Below are positions 48,661-61,800 of a stretch of 64,000 nt of DNA, piece after piece. The number at the start of each line of letters is the position of its first letter. Within the stretch, counting starts at the first letter, position 1. Made by a program: the position numbers and the translations under genes. The notes under the pieces are model-generated. The model made no database searches and was not told the origin of the DNA. It was given only the letters and a program-made list of their open reading frames with translations. The stretch comes from Azolla caroliniana (Eukaryota > Plantae > Polypodiophyta), in contig JBHGNT010000008.1 in the NCBI GenBank assembly GCA_043228905.1, forward strand, positions 16,926,001 through 16,990,000, written 5' to 3'.

Positions 48661-50670
48661 GTGGAGCGCTTGGTAAATTCCCGTGAAGGCATCACCGGCC
48701 TAGACCGGGCCATAGAAATGGTGGTCAGCACAACGGGTCAGTTCAACCGAAGAGACACCACGAGCTACTTGGTTGCCTATAAGGCTGAAATGCTTATGCG
48801 AAATGTCCCCGAAGATAGGAGGCTAACCGGATTGACTAGAGTGGTAATGCCGAGTATCCACGCATAGGTACTCGAGATCCAAGCGGATTGTTGCAATTTG
48901 GAGGAGTTCAAAGAAAGAGTCCTCGAGAAGTACGGCCTTGATGACTCACTCAGAATTTCGAAAAGGGATCTAATGGAGTGGGTTGAGCTTCCTGGCAAGG
49001 GGAGAAATACTATGGCACTTCTACAAGAATTTGAGAAGCGCTTTGCGCGAGTCTCAACAATCGGGTCTCGGCTCTCGATAGGACGGTGCTTGACACAAGC
49101 AAAGTCCTACTATTCATAAAAGTTGTTGATGCACGAGACCGAGAGAAGGTGGGGCTCCTCCTCGAAACTGATGATGGGTTCACGACAGATTGGGCTATGG
49201 TAAAACGGGTTTGTAGTCACTTTGATAAGAGAAGGGAATGGAACGACGGGTCTCCGTTGAGCGGCCAAACATCCACAGGCTCCATTAGTGAGACACACGA
49301 ACCCAGGGGTGGTAGAGCACCTCAAGAAAGAGAGCAATCAAATGCAAGGTTCGTCGCCGAGAGAAATGTGGTTGAAGCACCGTCTGGAGGGTCAGTAATA
49401 GATGAGCTCACAAAGATGGTGCGACATTTCCAAATAGCACAAGCTAGGAGAGAGAGTGGGGGTCCTCAAGATCGACGTTCCCCGTTCGTGCAAAGATGTA
49501 TGTGGTGCGACAATCCCGACCACCTACGAAGGGAGTGTGAAGACTTTCAAGAGGCCCTAAGAAGGGATATCGTCTATTTTTGGAACAATAGGGTCTATTC
49601 GACGGAGAAAAGGCGCCCCTTGGGATTGAATCAAGCCCGAGGGGGCATGAGAAGGCTAATGGAGGAGGCATAAGCACGACATGTTGAAGTCGTCCACTAC
49701 TCGGCATCGGCTGGGATCCGAGTGGGGAAAGAGGTGAGGAGGAAAGATGAGAAAGAGTTTGACTTTTGGCAGTCAATCCTTGGAAGTCTCTCTAGGGTAA
49801 CGTTCAAAAGAGAAGAAACGGACGAAGTGGAAAGAAGGGTTCAAGAAGCAACCGGGTGGAAGGATCAACGAGGGGGGAAATATGACGCTCGAGGTGCACG
49901 AAGAAGGGAAGAGCCAAACCAGTCTCAAGCTCGCAACAAAAGATGGAAAGAGAAGGGGAACCCCCCCAACTTCAAGCTTCGCTCGGAGATCGAACAAGCA
50001 ACAAACTTGAAGAAGGTAGTGGAGGAAAGGATCCTCGATAGTCACGTAGAGTTTACTCTATGAGAGGTCCTCAGAATTTCCAAGAAAGAATTCCACGAGG
50101 AAGCGGCTCTCGACGGTGCAAGAAGTGGCAAAACCTGTGATTGTAAATACATTATCAACTAAGGTGCCCGAGTAAGACGAAGACTATGCGGACAATCACT
50201 ACACGAGGCTGCATTGGGCAAGAGCGACAATGGAGACACCAGTACGGGTCAGAGATGTAAAAGAGCCGGTTGTAGCATTGATCGACCATGGCTCTGAGAT
50301 CAACCTTATGTCCATGGACTTTTATAAAAAAGGAAAGTGGCCATTCAACATGAAGCACAGGTGGAAGATTAGAGCGGCGACCCGAGCAACGGAGGAGCTA
50401 TACGAGGCTTGCCCGAATGTACGGGTGAAGGTGGGGGACGTAGAAATAGATCAACATTTCTTTGTTCAAGAGACGTCCTCGCACCCGATCATCTTGGGTG
50501 AACCGTACATCACGGCAGGTCGCATGGAGACAAAGGTGCTAGACAATGGGTCGGCATATGCGAGGGTCAAGAGCCAAGATGGGAAGCATTCGGTCCAATT
50601 CCTTACATTGAGGCCCAACCATGAGCACAATCGAGCCTCCCTCAAAGGGGAGAGCCGAGAGGATTTTTGA
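48661..50670 (+). pseudogene. Gypsy gag and aspartic protease pseudogene
   Basis: Knuckle CMWCDNPDHLRREC; protease VALIDHGSEINLMS...IILGEPY; stops and frameshifts. Confidence 0.85.
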
Positions 50671-50786
50671 TGCGGGCTATGAAAGAGTGGGGCTGCAATA
50701 GCCCGAGGCAAACTAAGACCCTCAACCCTTGCAAAACTATTAAATGTAATAGGAAACAATTTTGTTTCTCCGAAAATAGAGCTTGT

Positions 50787-51095
50787 TGTTGAGAATCAAG
50801 CTCAACTTGGTCTAGTGTGTGAACTCACCTTGAGAGTGAATAGACACTCCAACGGTCAAGAGTCACCATTATATCACCACTTTGTATTCTAGCATTTAGT
50901 ATGAGTCATAGAATATGATTCAATGACACATAACTTATGAGCTTTCACATTCCCCATGCTCCATGAGTCTTGTAGTTAATGAAGAGAGAGGGTGACTATA
51001 TAAAGCACCCTCCTCCCACCTTGTATAATGTTGAGTCTTTCTCCTTTGTTAATATACTTTACCTTGCATATTCTCTGTGTCTTTCTCCTTGTCTC

Positions 51096-51130
<35 letters not shown>

Positions 51131-54100
51131 CACACACATAGTTCATATCTATTCCGCTGCACAGAATCCATCTCTTGATTCTTTACATGGTATCAAAGCG
51201 ACGTGGTAGCTCGATCTAGCCCATCTGCGTGCGTTGTGTCCCACACCAACGACCAAGGACCGGCTCATCGCTATCGTAGCTTCGCTACATAGCTCGCATT
51301 CGAAGAGAGAAGAAGAAGAAGAAGAAGAAGAAGAAGAAGAATCAACATAATGAATACTCAACTGGGGAGCTCTCTCCCTACCGAGAAGTTGGATCGAAAC
51401 AACTTCCGATCTTGGGAGTACAAGATGCACCAATACCTTGTCGGACAAGGCTATTGGAGCTACATCAAAGGAGCGCACGAAGACCGACCCATCGAAACGG
51501 CTCCCGGATACGCAACATGGGATCAAGCCGCAAGACGCGTGATGTATTGCTTGGCGACATGTGTTCACGATCACATGCTCGGCTACATTCGCGAAGCCAA
51601 GACGCCGAAGGAGGCATGGGAAAATCTATGAAAGATTTTCGCGGCGAACACAACCGCAAGAAGGCTTCAACTCCACCAAGAGATGAACAACATTCAACAA
51701 AAGGACATGTCCATCACGACATACACCTTGAAGATCAAGGAGCTTTGCGACTCACTCGGCTCAATAAGCGTAAATATCGATGATGATGAGATGGTGCAAA
51801 TATGCCTCAGCAGCCTCGCACCACGGTTCGGCGCAATGCGAAGCGCCGTTCTAGCACGAGAGAAATCTCCCTCCTTCGAGCTCCAATCAATGCTATTTGT
51901 CGAAGAAAACCACGTGAGTACAAGGAGCAATGAGTCGAAAGGCCATATGCTCTACACACACTCGAACGGAGGAAGAGGACACGGATGAGCAAGAGGCCAA
52001 TTCGGCCAAGGACAAGGCAGACGAGGTCCGACCTATGACAACAACTCCCAATTTCAGCCGCAAAATGGAAGCCAACGAGGAACCTTCGCAAGAAGGGGGA
52101 GCTTCCACTCCGGCCCGAGCCGTCAAAATGCAACCGAATGCGAATATTGCGGAAAGCTCAGCCACCACGAAGAAGAATGCCAAAAGAAGATGCGTGAATC
52201 GGCTTCCACAAGCCGACAACTCACGAATTACGCGCACAATTCCGACTACGAAGAGTATAGCGGAATGTACAGGCACAACTCCGACTACGAAGATCGTGGT
52301 GGAATGTATGCATACAACTTCGACCGTGGCAGAATGTTCATGATGAAACATAGAGCAAACTCTATGTCGGCCTCTACCTCAACTAGTGCCCTAAATCCGG
52401 AGGACGTATGGTTTGTTGACTCCGGAGCCTCAAATCATATGACATCTCATAAAGAATGGTTTCTTGAACTTCGAGAGCCGGAGCGACCTGGTTATGTCGA
52501 AACCAGAGATGACACTACGCACCCAATTCGGCACATCGGCAATGTTCTGTTCGGCGAAAGAGGTAAGAAAACATACATTAAAAATGTCTTGCATGTTCAC
52601 ACCATCACGAAGAATTTGGTCTCGGTCGGCCAAATGGTTGAGCAAGGGATGCAAGTACGATTCGACCAAGAAGGGTGCTTCATTGAAAAAGACGGCCGAA
52701 TCATCGCGCGCGGAAGAAGAGAGGGTCGGATGTTCATTCTCGATTCACACGAGATCAAATCCGCCATGTTCGCAAAAAGCATGAAAGCCGATTCCGACAT
52801 AGAGCTATGGCACAAGCGAATCGGCCAAATCAATCTCAACAAACTCAAAGCAATGAAATCGAAAGGAGTCGTCATCGGACTCCCGACATTCAAAGAGAAG
52901 GAGATTGAAGGTGTATGCGAAGCATGCCAATTCGGCAAGCAACACCGACACCCATTCCCGAAAGAGTGGAACGTGAGCAAAGGTCTACTCAACGTAGTCC
53001 ATTCCGACGTATGGGGACCGGCGCAGACAGCTACATTCGGCGGATGCCGATATTACGTGCTCTTCATCGTCGACTTCTCCAGGCACACGTGGCTCTATCC
53101 GATGTAGCCAAAGAGTGAAGTGTTCAGACACTTCCAAAGGTTTAAAAACGAAGTCGAAAAAGCCACTAGTCATCATGTACGATGCCTTCGATCGGATGGC
53201 GCCAAGTAGTACTTCTCGGATGATTTCACGGCGTATCTTCGAAAGGAAGGAATTCGGCGAGAATTCACTTGCCGACACACTCCGCAACAAAACGGAGTAG
53301 CCGAGCGCAAAAATCGGCACATCCTCGAAGTAGCGTGGGCCATGATGAACGAGAAGCATATGCTCAAGTCATATTGGGCTGAAGCTGCAAATACGGCCGT
53401 CTATCTAATGAACCGGTGCACAAGATCCAGAGTGCACGAGGTCACTCCGCACGAGAAGTTCTTCGGAAAGAAGCCGGACCTATCGCATGTTCGGATATTT
53501 GGCTCCATTGCGTACGTGCACATCCCCGACGAGAAGCGTCAAAAGCTTGACCCGAAGTCGGAGAAATGTATCCTCATAGGATACTCACTGAAGCAAAAGG
53601 GGTACAAATGCTACAACCCCTCCACTCGAAAATCTCGAGTAAGTCGAGACGTCATTTTTGACAAGTCTGCATCCTTGTACGCACCAAAGACAACTTCGAC
53701 TCCGATTCCACTCGACCTGAAATCCGCCGAACAAGAGCAAGAAGGTGGAGATCGCCTCGAAGACATGTTCGAAGATAGCCCGATTACCAAAAGGCTAAGT
53801 GGGCCACAAGAGCCCCCGAGCGATCAAAGCACATCACGGCCTAGCCCGAAGATGGACAAAGGCAAGGCAAAAATGTCAGAATATGAAGACAGCCGCTTCA
53901 ACGACGATGAGTCGACTCACTCACTCGACAGTGAGTTCAGCAGCTTCGATGTACCAATCAGAGCTAAGAAAGCCCTCATCTCTGCAAATGAAAAGCTCCA
54001 CCGCTCCACCCGTGAAAAGAATCTGGTCAGCCGATTCGGCTACAACGACTACATGGCATATCACTATGCCTTTATAATGAAGGTGGCGATAGTACGCGAG

Positions 54101-56037
54101 CTAGAAACATTTTCCGAAGCAGCCAAGGATCCGCGATGGATCGAAGCCATGAACGAGGAGATGCATGCACTACGCAAGAATGAGACGTGGGATCTCATTC
54201 CCACCTCACCACACAAAAAGGCAATCGGATACAGATGGATTTACAAAGTGAAGTACAAAGTGAAAGTCTATGCACAAACACACGGAGTTGAGTACGAAGA
54301 GACCTTTGCGCCGGTGGCAAAGATGATGACGGTACGAACCATAATTGCGCTTGCCACGTCAAAAGGGTGGCACCTCCATCAAATGGATGTCAAGAACGCC
54401 TTTCTACAAGGCGAATTAGAAGAGGAGGTGTACATGATACAACCACCCAGCTTCAACTCGAGCACCCATCTGAAAGTTGTATGCTGAATCAAGAAGCTAT
54501 TCTACAGCCTCAAGCAAGCACCGCGTGCTTGGCATTCGAAGATAACGCAATATCTTCATCAAATCGGTTTCCGTATGTCAAAATCGGACATCTCCCTCTA
54601 CATACGAAGCGATTCCGCAAGTCCGATTGTCATCATCTTATATGTGGATGACCTAGTTATTGGAGGTGAGCATCTCGTCGAAATCAATAAGGTCAGATCC
54701 CTCCTTTCTGACAAGTTCAAGATGACGGACATGAAGGAACTCCACTACTTCCTCGGCATCGAGGTAATTCGGACTCCGGCCAGAATCATGATCTCTCAAC
54801 GGCACTACATCCTCAACTTGTTATTCAAGTTCGGGATGGCTAAGTGCAAATCCGTGGCAACCTCGCTCAATCACAATCTCAAACTAGATGCGAACTCCGG
54901 CACCAAAGCGTGTGAGCCGACTCAATATCGGTAACTCATCGGCAGTCTCATCTACCTCACGATCACACGTCCCGATCTCAGTTATCCGGTCGGTCTCCTT
55001 AGCCAATTCATGCAAACACCGTGTGATACTCACTTGGATTGCGCTAAGCGAGTTCTATGATACGTGAGCGGCACAATGGATTGCGTCATCCTCTACAAGA
55101 CCGCGATGCCAATACGACTCAAGGGGTACACAGACGCCGATTGGGCCGGCTACAAATCCAATAGAAGATCAACCTCCGAATTTGTTTTTTCCCTCGGCAA
55201 CAAAGCAATATCCTTGAGCAGCAAAAAGCAACCAATCATTGCTCTTTCGAGCACAGAGGCGGAATACAGGGGCGCGACAGTGGCCGCATGTGAAGCCGTA
55301 TGCCTCAAAAGGATACTCAAGGATTTGGGTGTACCCATCAAGGATCCGACTTCCCTTTATTGCGACAACATGAGCAGTATCTATCTGGCTCGGAACCCGG
55401 TGTTGCACGAGCGGACAACGCACCTCGAAGTGCACTATCACTTCATCCGAGATCGCGTTCTAGCTGGCGATGTCGACCTACAACACATTAGCAACAATCT
55501 TCAAACAGTCGACATCTTCACTAAAGCCTTAGGAGCCAACAAGCTATGGCAGTTCATGACTGATCTCGGATTGACGATCCCTGACCTACCAAGCTTGAGG
55601 GGGAGTACTGAACACACTACGCAATAACGCATGGATTTCGGAACCGAGCAACGAAGCCGCGAAGAACCGATCTACCGCGCAAAGCCGCGAAGAAAGACGC
55701 AAGCCGAAGCACAGACTTTGCAACTATGCACAACGCAAGCTGGAGCACGGATTTTGCAACTCCGCATAAATGCGAGTCGACGCAGACCCCGGAACGTGAG
55801 TCGAAGCGGATTTCGGATACCGTCTGAAACCGACCCAACTTGAGCTTGAGGGGGCATGTTGAGAATCAAGCTCAACTTGGTCTAGTGTGTGAACTCACCT
55901 TGAGAGTGAATAGACACTCCAACGGTCAAGAGTCACCATTATGTCACCACTTTGTATTCTAGAATTTAGTATGAGTCATAGAATCATATTCTATGACACA
56001 CAACTTATGAGCTTTCACATTCCCCATGCTCCATGAA
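50787..56037 (+). mobile_element. Decayed copia element; 3' LTR interrupted at 56037
   Basis: 5' LTR 50787-51187, PBS TGGTATCAAAGC at 51188-51199, PPT GAGGGGGCA, 3' LTR from 55857. Confidence 0.93.
51350..55627 (+). pseudogene. Copia gag-pol pseudogene
   Basis: WFVDSGASNHMT, LWHKRIG, HSDVWGP, QMDVKNAFLQG, LYVDDLVI, GYTDADWAG, SSTEAEY; multiple stops and frameshifts. Confidence 0.93.
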
Positions 56038-56351
56038 TGTAAAAGATTATGTGCGGAAGCAATAGAAAACCAAACACATAGAAAATACGCAGGTTTAATG
56101 GAGAGCTTGAGTATACATAGTACGCGGGAGAGACAGAGAGAGAACACACAAAAAACTCAATCCAAAAAATACTAACTCTCTGTACATACACCGTGCTCAG
56201 TGAGCACCTTTTATACAAGCCCTGACAATCAGTCTGACACAAGTATTGACAGTACTTGACTGCTCATAAATGAGCCTTGACACTTACTCCCAAAACAATT
56301 CCTTACGAGGAATATCTCTCTAATGGCCTTTCAGTTTACTCACCAATACGG
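56038..56351 (-). repeat. Copia LTR (42220 family) inserted in the 3' LTR and itself interrupted
   Basis: TGTAAAAGATTATGTGCGGAAGC..., similar to 42220 onward; cut at 56352. Confidence 0.82.
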
Positions 56352-58333
56352 TGTCGAGGTTTTCCTCGCGGATGCGTGGAATGAGGCGGGACCTCACGGG
56401 TCCTGTACCGAAGAGCAAGAGAGAAAGGACAAGAGACCCACTACGTGCGAGCGTAGATTCACAGGGACACGGCCCTTCGACACAAAGACACGAGTGGGTC
56501 AGCGACACAGAGAGACACGAATGTATGTATGTATTAACAAAGACAACAACAAGAACACGGAAGCAACAAAAACACGAAGTCGGTTACAACCGAATAGGCC
56601 GACGAACAGATGTCGATGCCTGTTCGTAAACGCACAGAAAGACAGGAGCAGGTTGGAGGTGCTGCCGGAAGCACTCGGGCGGGCATTCCTCAGAGCAGCG
56701 CGAGCCTCCCGAAACCTGCACAGAAGGAAGCTATGGAGTTTGCGAACTAGAGAGAGAGAGAGAAGCCTTCGCACGCAAACCGACAGCACTTCGTCCTCGA
56801 CTCTCCGCGATGCCCTCCCCCTTCTCGTCTCCCTCCTTTTTATAGGCAAGGAAGGAGCCGTTTCCCCTTTACTTCCTACCCACTAAATCTACCCGCCTAG
56901 GATCTTCTATGGACAACGTTCGAGAAGAGCCGATTCCGCTTGTGGACGGTTTTCTTCACGACATCCGCCCCCACCTAACCGCGCATCCACCGGCATGCGC
57001 CAAATTGAGTTGGGACGGAGAAAACCGATCCAGCCTTCATTCCTCGCCCGTCGGTTCTTCCTCGGTTTCGGATCGTTCGTCATCGCGGTTTCGGATCCGG
57101 CTCGTCGTCGTGACGCTTCTTGAACGCTTTGATCCGCTTCCCTGCTACCGGTATCGCCATTCTCGTACCGTCGAGTTCCGCCAGATGGTACATCCCGTTG
57201 TCGTTGGCGCTTTGTACCACGTAAGGCCCGAACCACCTTCTTGCGAACTTCCGTGACGCTCGGTGCTGGTTGTCAAGGCTGCTGTCGTAGACTAGCACCC
57301 AGTCGCCTTCCTCGATCTTCTTTGGTCGGAGCCGGTGCGTTCGGTCGAACCGGGCTTTGTTCCTCATCCTTGCTTCCCGAAGCCTTTCCGCAACCTGCTC
57401 CACGTCCTCCGGTCTTCGCTCGAGCTGTCGTATACGCGCCGCCAGTAGTTCCTCCCGGCTCATCTCGTCTCTCCAGTCCACGGTTTCCCACGAGGAGATC
57501 GTACGTTCCATCGGCATGACCGGCTTTTGCCCAAACATGAGTTCTGCCGGCATGAATCCGGTTACCGAACTGTGCGTAGTTCAGTCCGCCCACAACGCGT
57601 AAGGCAACAGCTGCGGCCAGTTCCCGACTTGACCTCCGCACGCCCGAACTAACGCCTTGACGATCAGTCCGTGTCCGCGCTCCACCTTCCCATTCGCCTC
57701 CGGATTGTACGCAGTGGTAAGCGAGAGCTTGACTCCTAGCCGGTCGAACAACTCCTCGGCCTCTTCGGCGTCCAACTCCCCGCGATCAGCCACGATCTTC
57801 CCGACGCACCCGTACCGGCATATCACGTCCTCGATCAGGAACCGACATACGGCTGCGGTCGTTTTGTTCTGAAGGGCCCGGCCTTCCACCTGGTTTGTCA
57901 GATCTTCCCGAGCCAGGACCAGATACCGCATCTGTCCTACGGCCATCGGCATCGTCACCAGATCTACCATCCATTTGAAGTGGATGGTCGGAGGGTACGT
58001 AGGGTGAAGCTCGTCCCGATGCCGGACTATGGAGTGCATCTGACAGCTCTCGCAAGTTGTCACGAACCGATGCACGTCCCGGTACAGTCCTGGCCACCAG
58101 TACTTCCCCTTTATCTTCTCGAACGTGGCCCACGTCCCACAGTGTTCGGCCCAAGGGCTGTCGTGGTAGCCCGTCAGTAGATCCTCCTGTTCTTCCTTCA
58201 TCGCCACCACCCGGAGCGGGCGCCGTTCCTCTTCTTCGGGTTCTTCCATAAGTATCCGTCCCGGAGAAAGAATCGGTAAGCTTTTTTACGGATCCGGTTA
58301 GCCTCGTCCTTCGTCCATGACGCATCCGGCGTC
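56352..58333 (-). mobile_element. Ty3/gypsy element 3' part: integrase, PPT and 3' LTR (56963-56352)
   Basis: LTR TGTCG...CGACA; PPT GGTGGGGGCGGA; integrase HHCC (YHDSPWAEH...CESC), VDLVTM, VADRGE, NPEANGKVERGH, RWFGPYVV. Confidence 0.88.
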
Positions 58334-58699
58334 TGTCAGGAATAGTACTAAAACAGAGATGGAATTAATACTAAGAACAATAGTACTATTAGTACTAAGA
58401 GGACGGGACTGCGTAAGATTCCCGAGAGGAAGTGAGAAGAGGAGAGAGAGAGATAGCGAGAATGAGAGAGAGAGAGAGATGATGACATCAGCTAATATAT
58501 TATGTGAAAAGATAAGTACAAGCGGCTAAGAGGCTTAAGACTGGCGTTGAACCAATTTGGTTCAAAACAATGCCTTGTGCCTCCTTTTATAGTGTTTTTA
58601 GGAATAATCCTGAAGCTTCTAGAATGTTCCAGAGAGATCTGGAATATACATCAATTTTCTATGATAAAGTATAAATGAAAATAATATCCTACAAAATAC

Positions 58700-58770
58700 A
58701 ATTCATAGTCTAATGGTAAGAGCTCGACCCATGTAGCATAAAGTCGTGGGTTCGAGTCTTGCCATATCAT
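58700..58770 (+). other. tRNA-like A/B-box module at the U3 end of the 3' LTR (also at 63965-64000, truncated)
   Basis: A box TAGTCTAATGG at 58706-58716, B box GGTTCGAGTC at 58749-58758. Confidence 0.72.
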
Positions 58771-58818
58771 GACACTATCTCCCCCTTAAAGACGATGAGT
58801 GGAATGAGTCGGCGCTAA

Positions 58819-61800
58819 TTACGGACCGGGTTTGTCCGGATACTTTCGGTGGAAATCAGCAAGAAGATCTTGTGCATTGGCAACATTCTCGATCTTGTGC
58901 ATTGGCAACATTCTCGACGGGTTCCCAAGTACGTTCGCTCGGACTATAACCGAGCCAATCGACCAAGTAATAAAGTTTGTTGCGAACAAGTTTGGAATCG
59001 AGGATGGCAGCAACTTCATACTCCGGGCCGGCGTCCAACTCCAGCGGGGGCGGCGGTGGTGTCACACGATCGGGAATGGTGTTTGCTTTATAAGGTTCAA
59101 GAAGAGAACAATGGAAAACCGGATGTATCTGAAGCTGCGGAGGGAGATCTAGGCGAAAGGTGACATCATTAATCTTCCTCGTAATACGGAAAGGACCGAG
59201 TCGTCGATAATCCAACTTGTCGCACGGTCGAGTAGTCTTGATGTGACGACGTAAGAGCCATACTCGATCTCCGATGGCAAAAGAGGAGGGAATCCGATGA
59301 CGATCCGCATAAGTCTTCTGTGTGTGTTGAGCATGACGAAGGTGAGTAGAGAGATCCATCTGGATCTTGCGTAGCCTCTCCAAATGGTCCTCGGCACGAG
59401 GGTTGGTAGGTAGCTCCGGAGTGTCGATCACCGACCAGCGAGGATGGAAACCGGTATAAGCGAAAAATGGGGAGACCCGAGTCGAGGAGTGAATAGCATT
59501 ATTATACGCAAACTCCGCAAAGTGGAGAATCTCGGCCCAATCGTCCTGTTGATAACTCAGGAAACACCGGAGATATTGCTCCAACGTTTGGTTTGTTCGT
59601 TCCGCCTGTCCGTCGGTTTGAGGATGGTAGCCGGAGGAGAGGTTGCAGGAGACCTTGAGCATCCTGAAGAGATGCTGCCAAAATTTGGAGACAAATTGCG
59701 GGCCTCGGTCACTGATAATACTGTCTGGGAGGCCATGATGCCGAAATACCTCACGCATAACAAGAGCGGCGGTTTCCTCGCTAGTGATAGCTTTAGTACA
59801 TGGCACAAAATGTGCCATCTTCGTATATCGATCGACGACGGTTAGGATAGCATCGAACCCCTTCGAGATCGCCAGATCTGTGATAAAATCAAGACAAATA
59901 GACTGCCATGGCTTACTTGGAATTGGTAAAGGTTCCAACAAGCCATATGGATGGTGTCGTGGCATCTTTGCTCGGCAGCAAGCATCACAGGTCCGAACGT
60001 AGTCGTCGACAAAACGGCGCATGTGGGCCACCAAAAAGATCGCTGCACTAGCTCCAACTTCTTGGTACTACCGAAATGTCCCGCCGTATGGGTGTCGTGA
60101 CAATGTTGGACGATTTGAAGGCGACAGGAGCAATCGGGGACATATACGCGCTTTTTAAAGAATAACAAACGATCATGATATTCGAATTGTCGGTAGTCAA
60201 TACTTGGTTGTTGAGACTGAGAACAGGATGCCGAGAAGTATCAATGTGCGCCAGGATGTCTTGAGCAAAACTATCCGTCTTCAAGGTTGCACGTATGTCA
60301 TCGGTAATCCGTGAATCCATCCGGGTGTGAAAAATCCGCGTCGTGTGCAATCGTGTTGGTCCCAAGATTACTTGCTTTTGATTATCAAATGTTGCGTCAC
60401 CAGGATGAGGTGCAAGATATGAACGCCGTGATAGTGCATCTGCTTTTCCTTGCTGCTTCCCCGGTCGATATGTGATTTCGAAGTCGAAACGCGTGAGGAA
60501 TTGCGCCCACCGAGCTTGCTGTCGATTTAGTACGCGAGCGTTCTGAAAATAAGCAAGATTTTTATGATCGCTAAAGACAATGACCTGATGTGGAGAGCCC
60601 TCTAAGAAATGCCCCCATTGTACAAATGAATCCACGATGGCTAATAACTCCTTGTCATGTATTTCGTAGTTGATTTCTGCGACATTGAATTTGCGCGAAT
60701 GGAAAGCCACCGGATGCAACTCTTCTTTATCGCCTTGTTGAGAAAGGATGCTACCGAGGGCGAAATCTGATGCGTCGGCCTCCATGATGAATGGTTTGCT
60801 TGTATCCACATGAGCTAGAATCGGTGTTGATGTAAAGGCTTTCTTAAGATGCCGAAAAGCCATATCTGCTTCGATGGACCAAAGAAATGCTTGGCCCTTC
60901 TTCGTAAGTTGTGTGAGAGGTAAAATAATCTTCGAGTAATCCTGTATAAACTTATGGTAGAAGTTAGCAAAACCTAGAAAACATTGTACATCTCGTACCG
61001 ACCGTGGAATTTGCCACTCTAGTACAGTTTGGATTTTAGCTGGATCCATGGCGATGCCCTTTGAGGAGATGACGTAGCCTAGAAATTCCACTTGCTTGCA
61101 GTCAAAGCTACATTTTTCTAGCTTGGCATAAAGACCATTCTCGCGGAGTCGCTTTAGTACTAATAGTACATGAGAATCGTGCTCTTCCTGGGTCTTCGAA
61201 TAAATCAACAAATCATCCAGATAAATGATCAAACAGATATCCAAGAGGTCTCTGAATATATCATTTGCCATGTGTTGGAAGACTGCGGGTGCATTGGTTA
61301 GGCCAAACGGCATAACAGTATACTCGAAATGCCCATACCGCGTGCGAAAAGCGGTCTTCCACTCATCTCCCGGTCGGATCCGCACGAGATTATACGCTCC
61401 TCGTAGGTCGATTTTAGTAAAAAACTTGGCACCATTAACTCGCTCTAAAAGACTTGATATAAGAGGAACTGCATACCTATTCCGGATGGTGACTTTATTC
61501 AATCCGCGGTAATCAACGACAAGACGAAGTGAGCCATCTTTCTTCTTTACAAAGAAGATGGGTGCACCGGCCGGAGATTTCGAATGACGGATGAACCCGC
61601 TTGCCAAGTTCTCCTCTATGTAGGCTCGAAGGACTTCTAACTCGGTGGGTGACAAGTTGTAAATTGGTCCCCATGGTGGCTCGGTTCCTGGTTGTAAATT
61701 GATGGGACAGTCATAGGGATGGTGATGAGGAAGGGTACCGGCTTTTACCTTGTCAAATACATCGGCATAAGGATGATATTTTGCCGGAAGTTGTATTGAG

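Larger units (their letters stand above)
42813..50786 (+). mobile_element. Large-LTR Ty3/gypsy element (LTR ~42813-48428, interrupted), with gag and protease
   Basis: TGTGGG...CCCACA termini, TATAAAA at ~43175, internal 105-bp array; gag and protease follow; interrupted at 50787. Confidence 0.7.

Noticed and set aside
52235-52325. Novel domain from the HNSDYE repeat in the copia Gag-protease linker
   Set aside because: Simple 39-bp in-frame duplication in a decayed element.
58700-58770. Functional tRNA gene (also 47041-47110 and 10716-10790)
   Set aside because: No convincing acceptor stem or anticodon arm; only the promoter boxes and partial arms are present.
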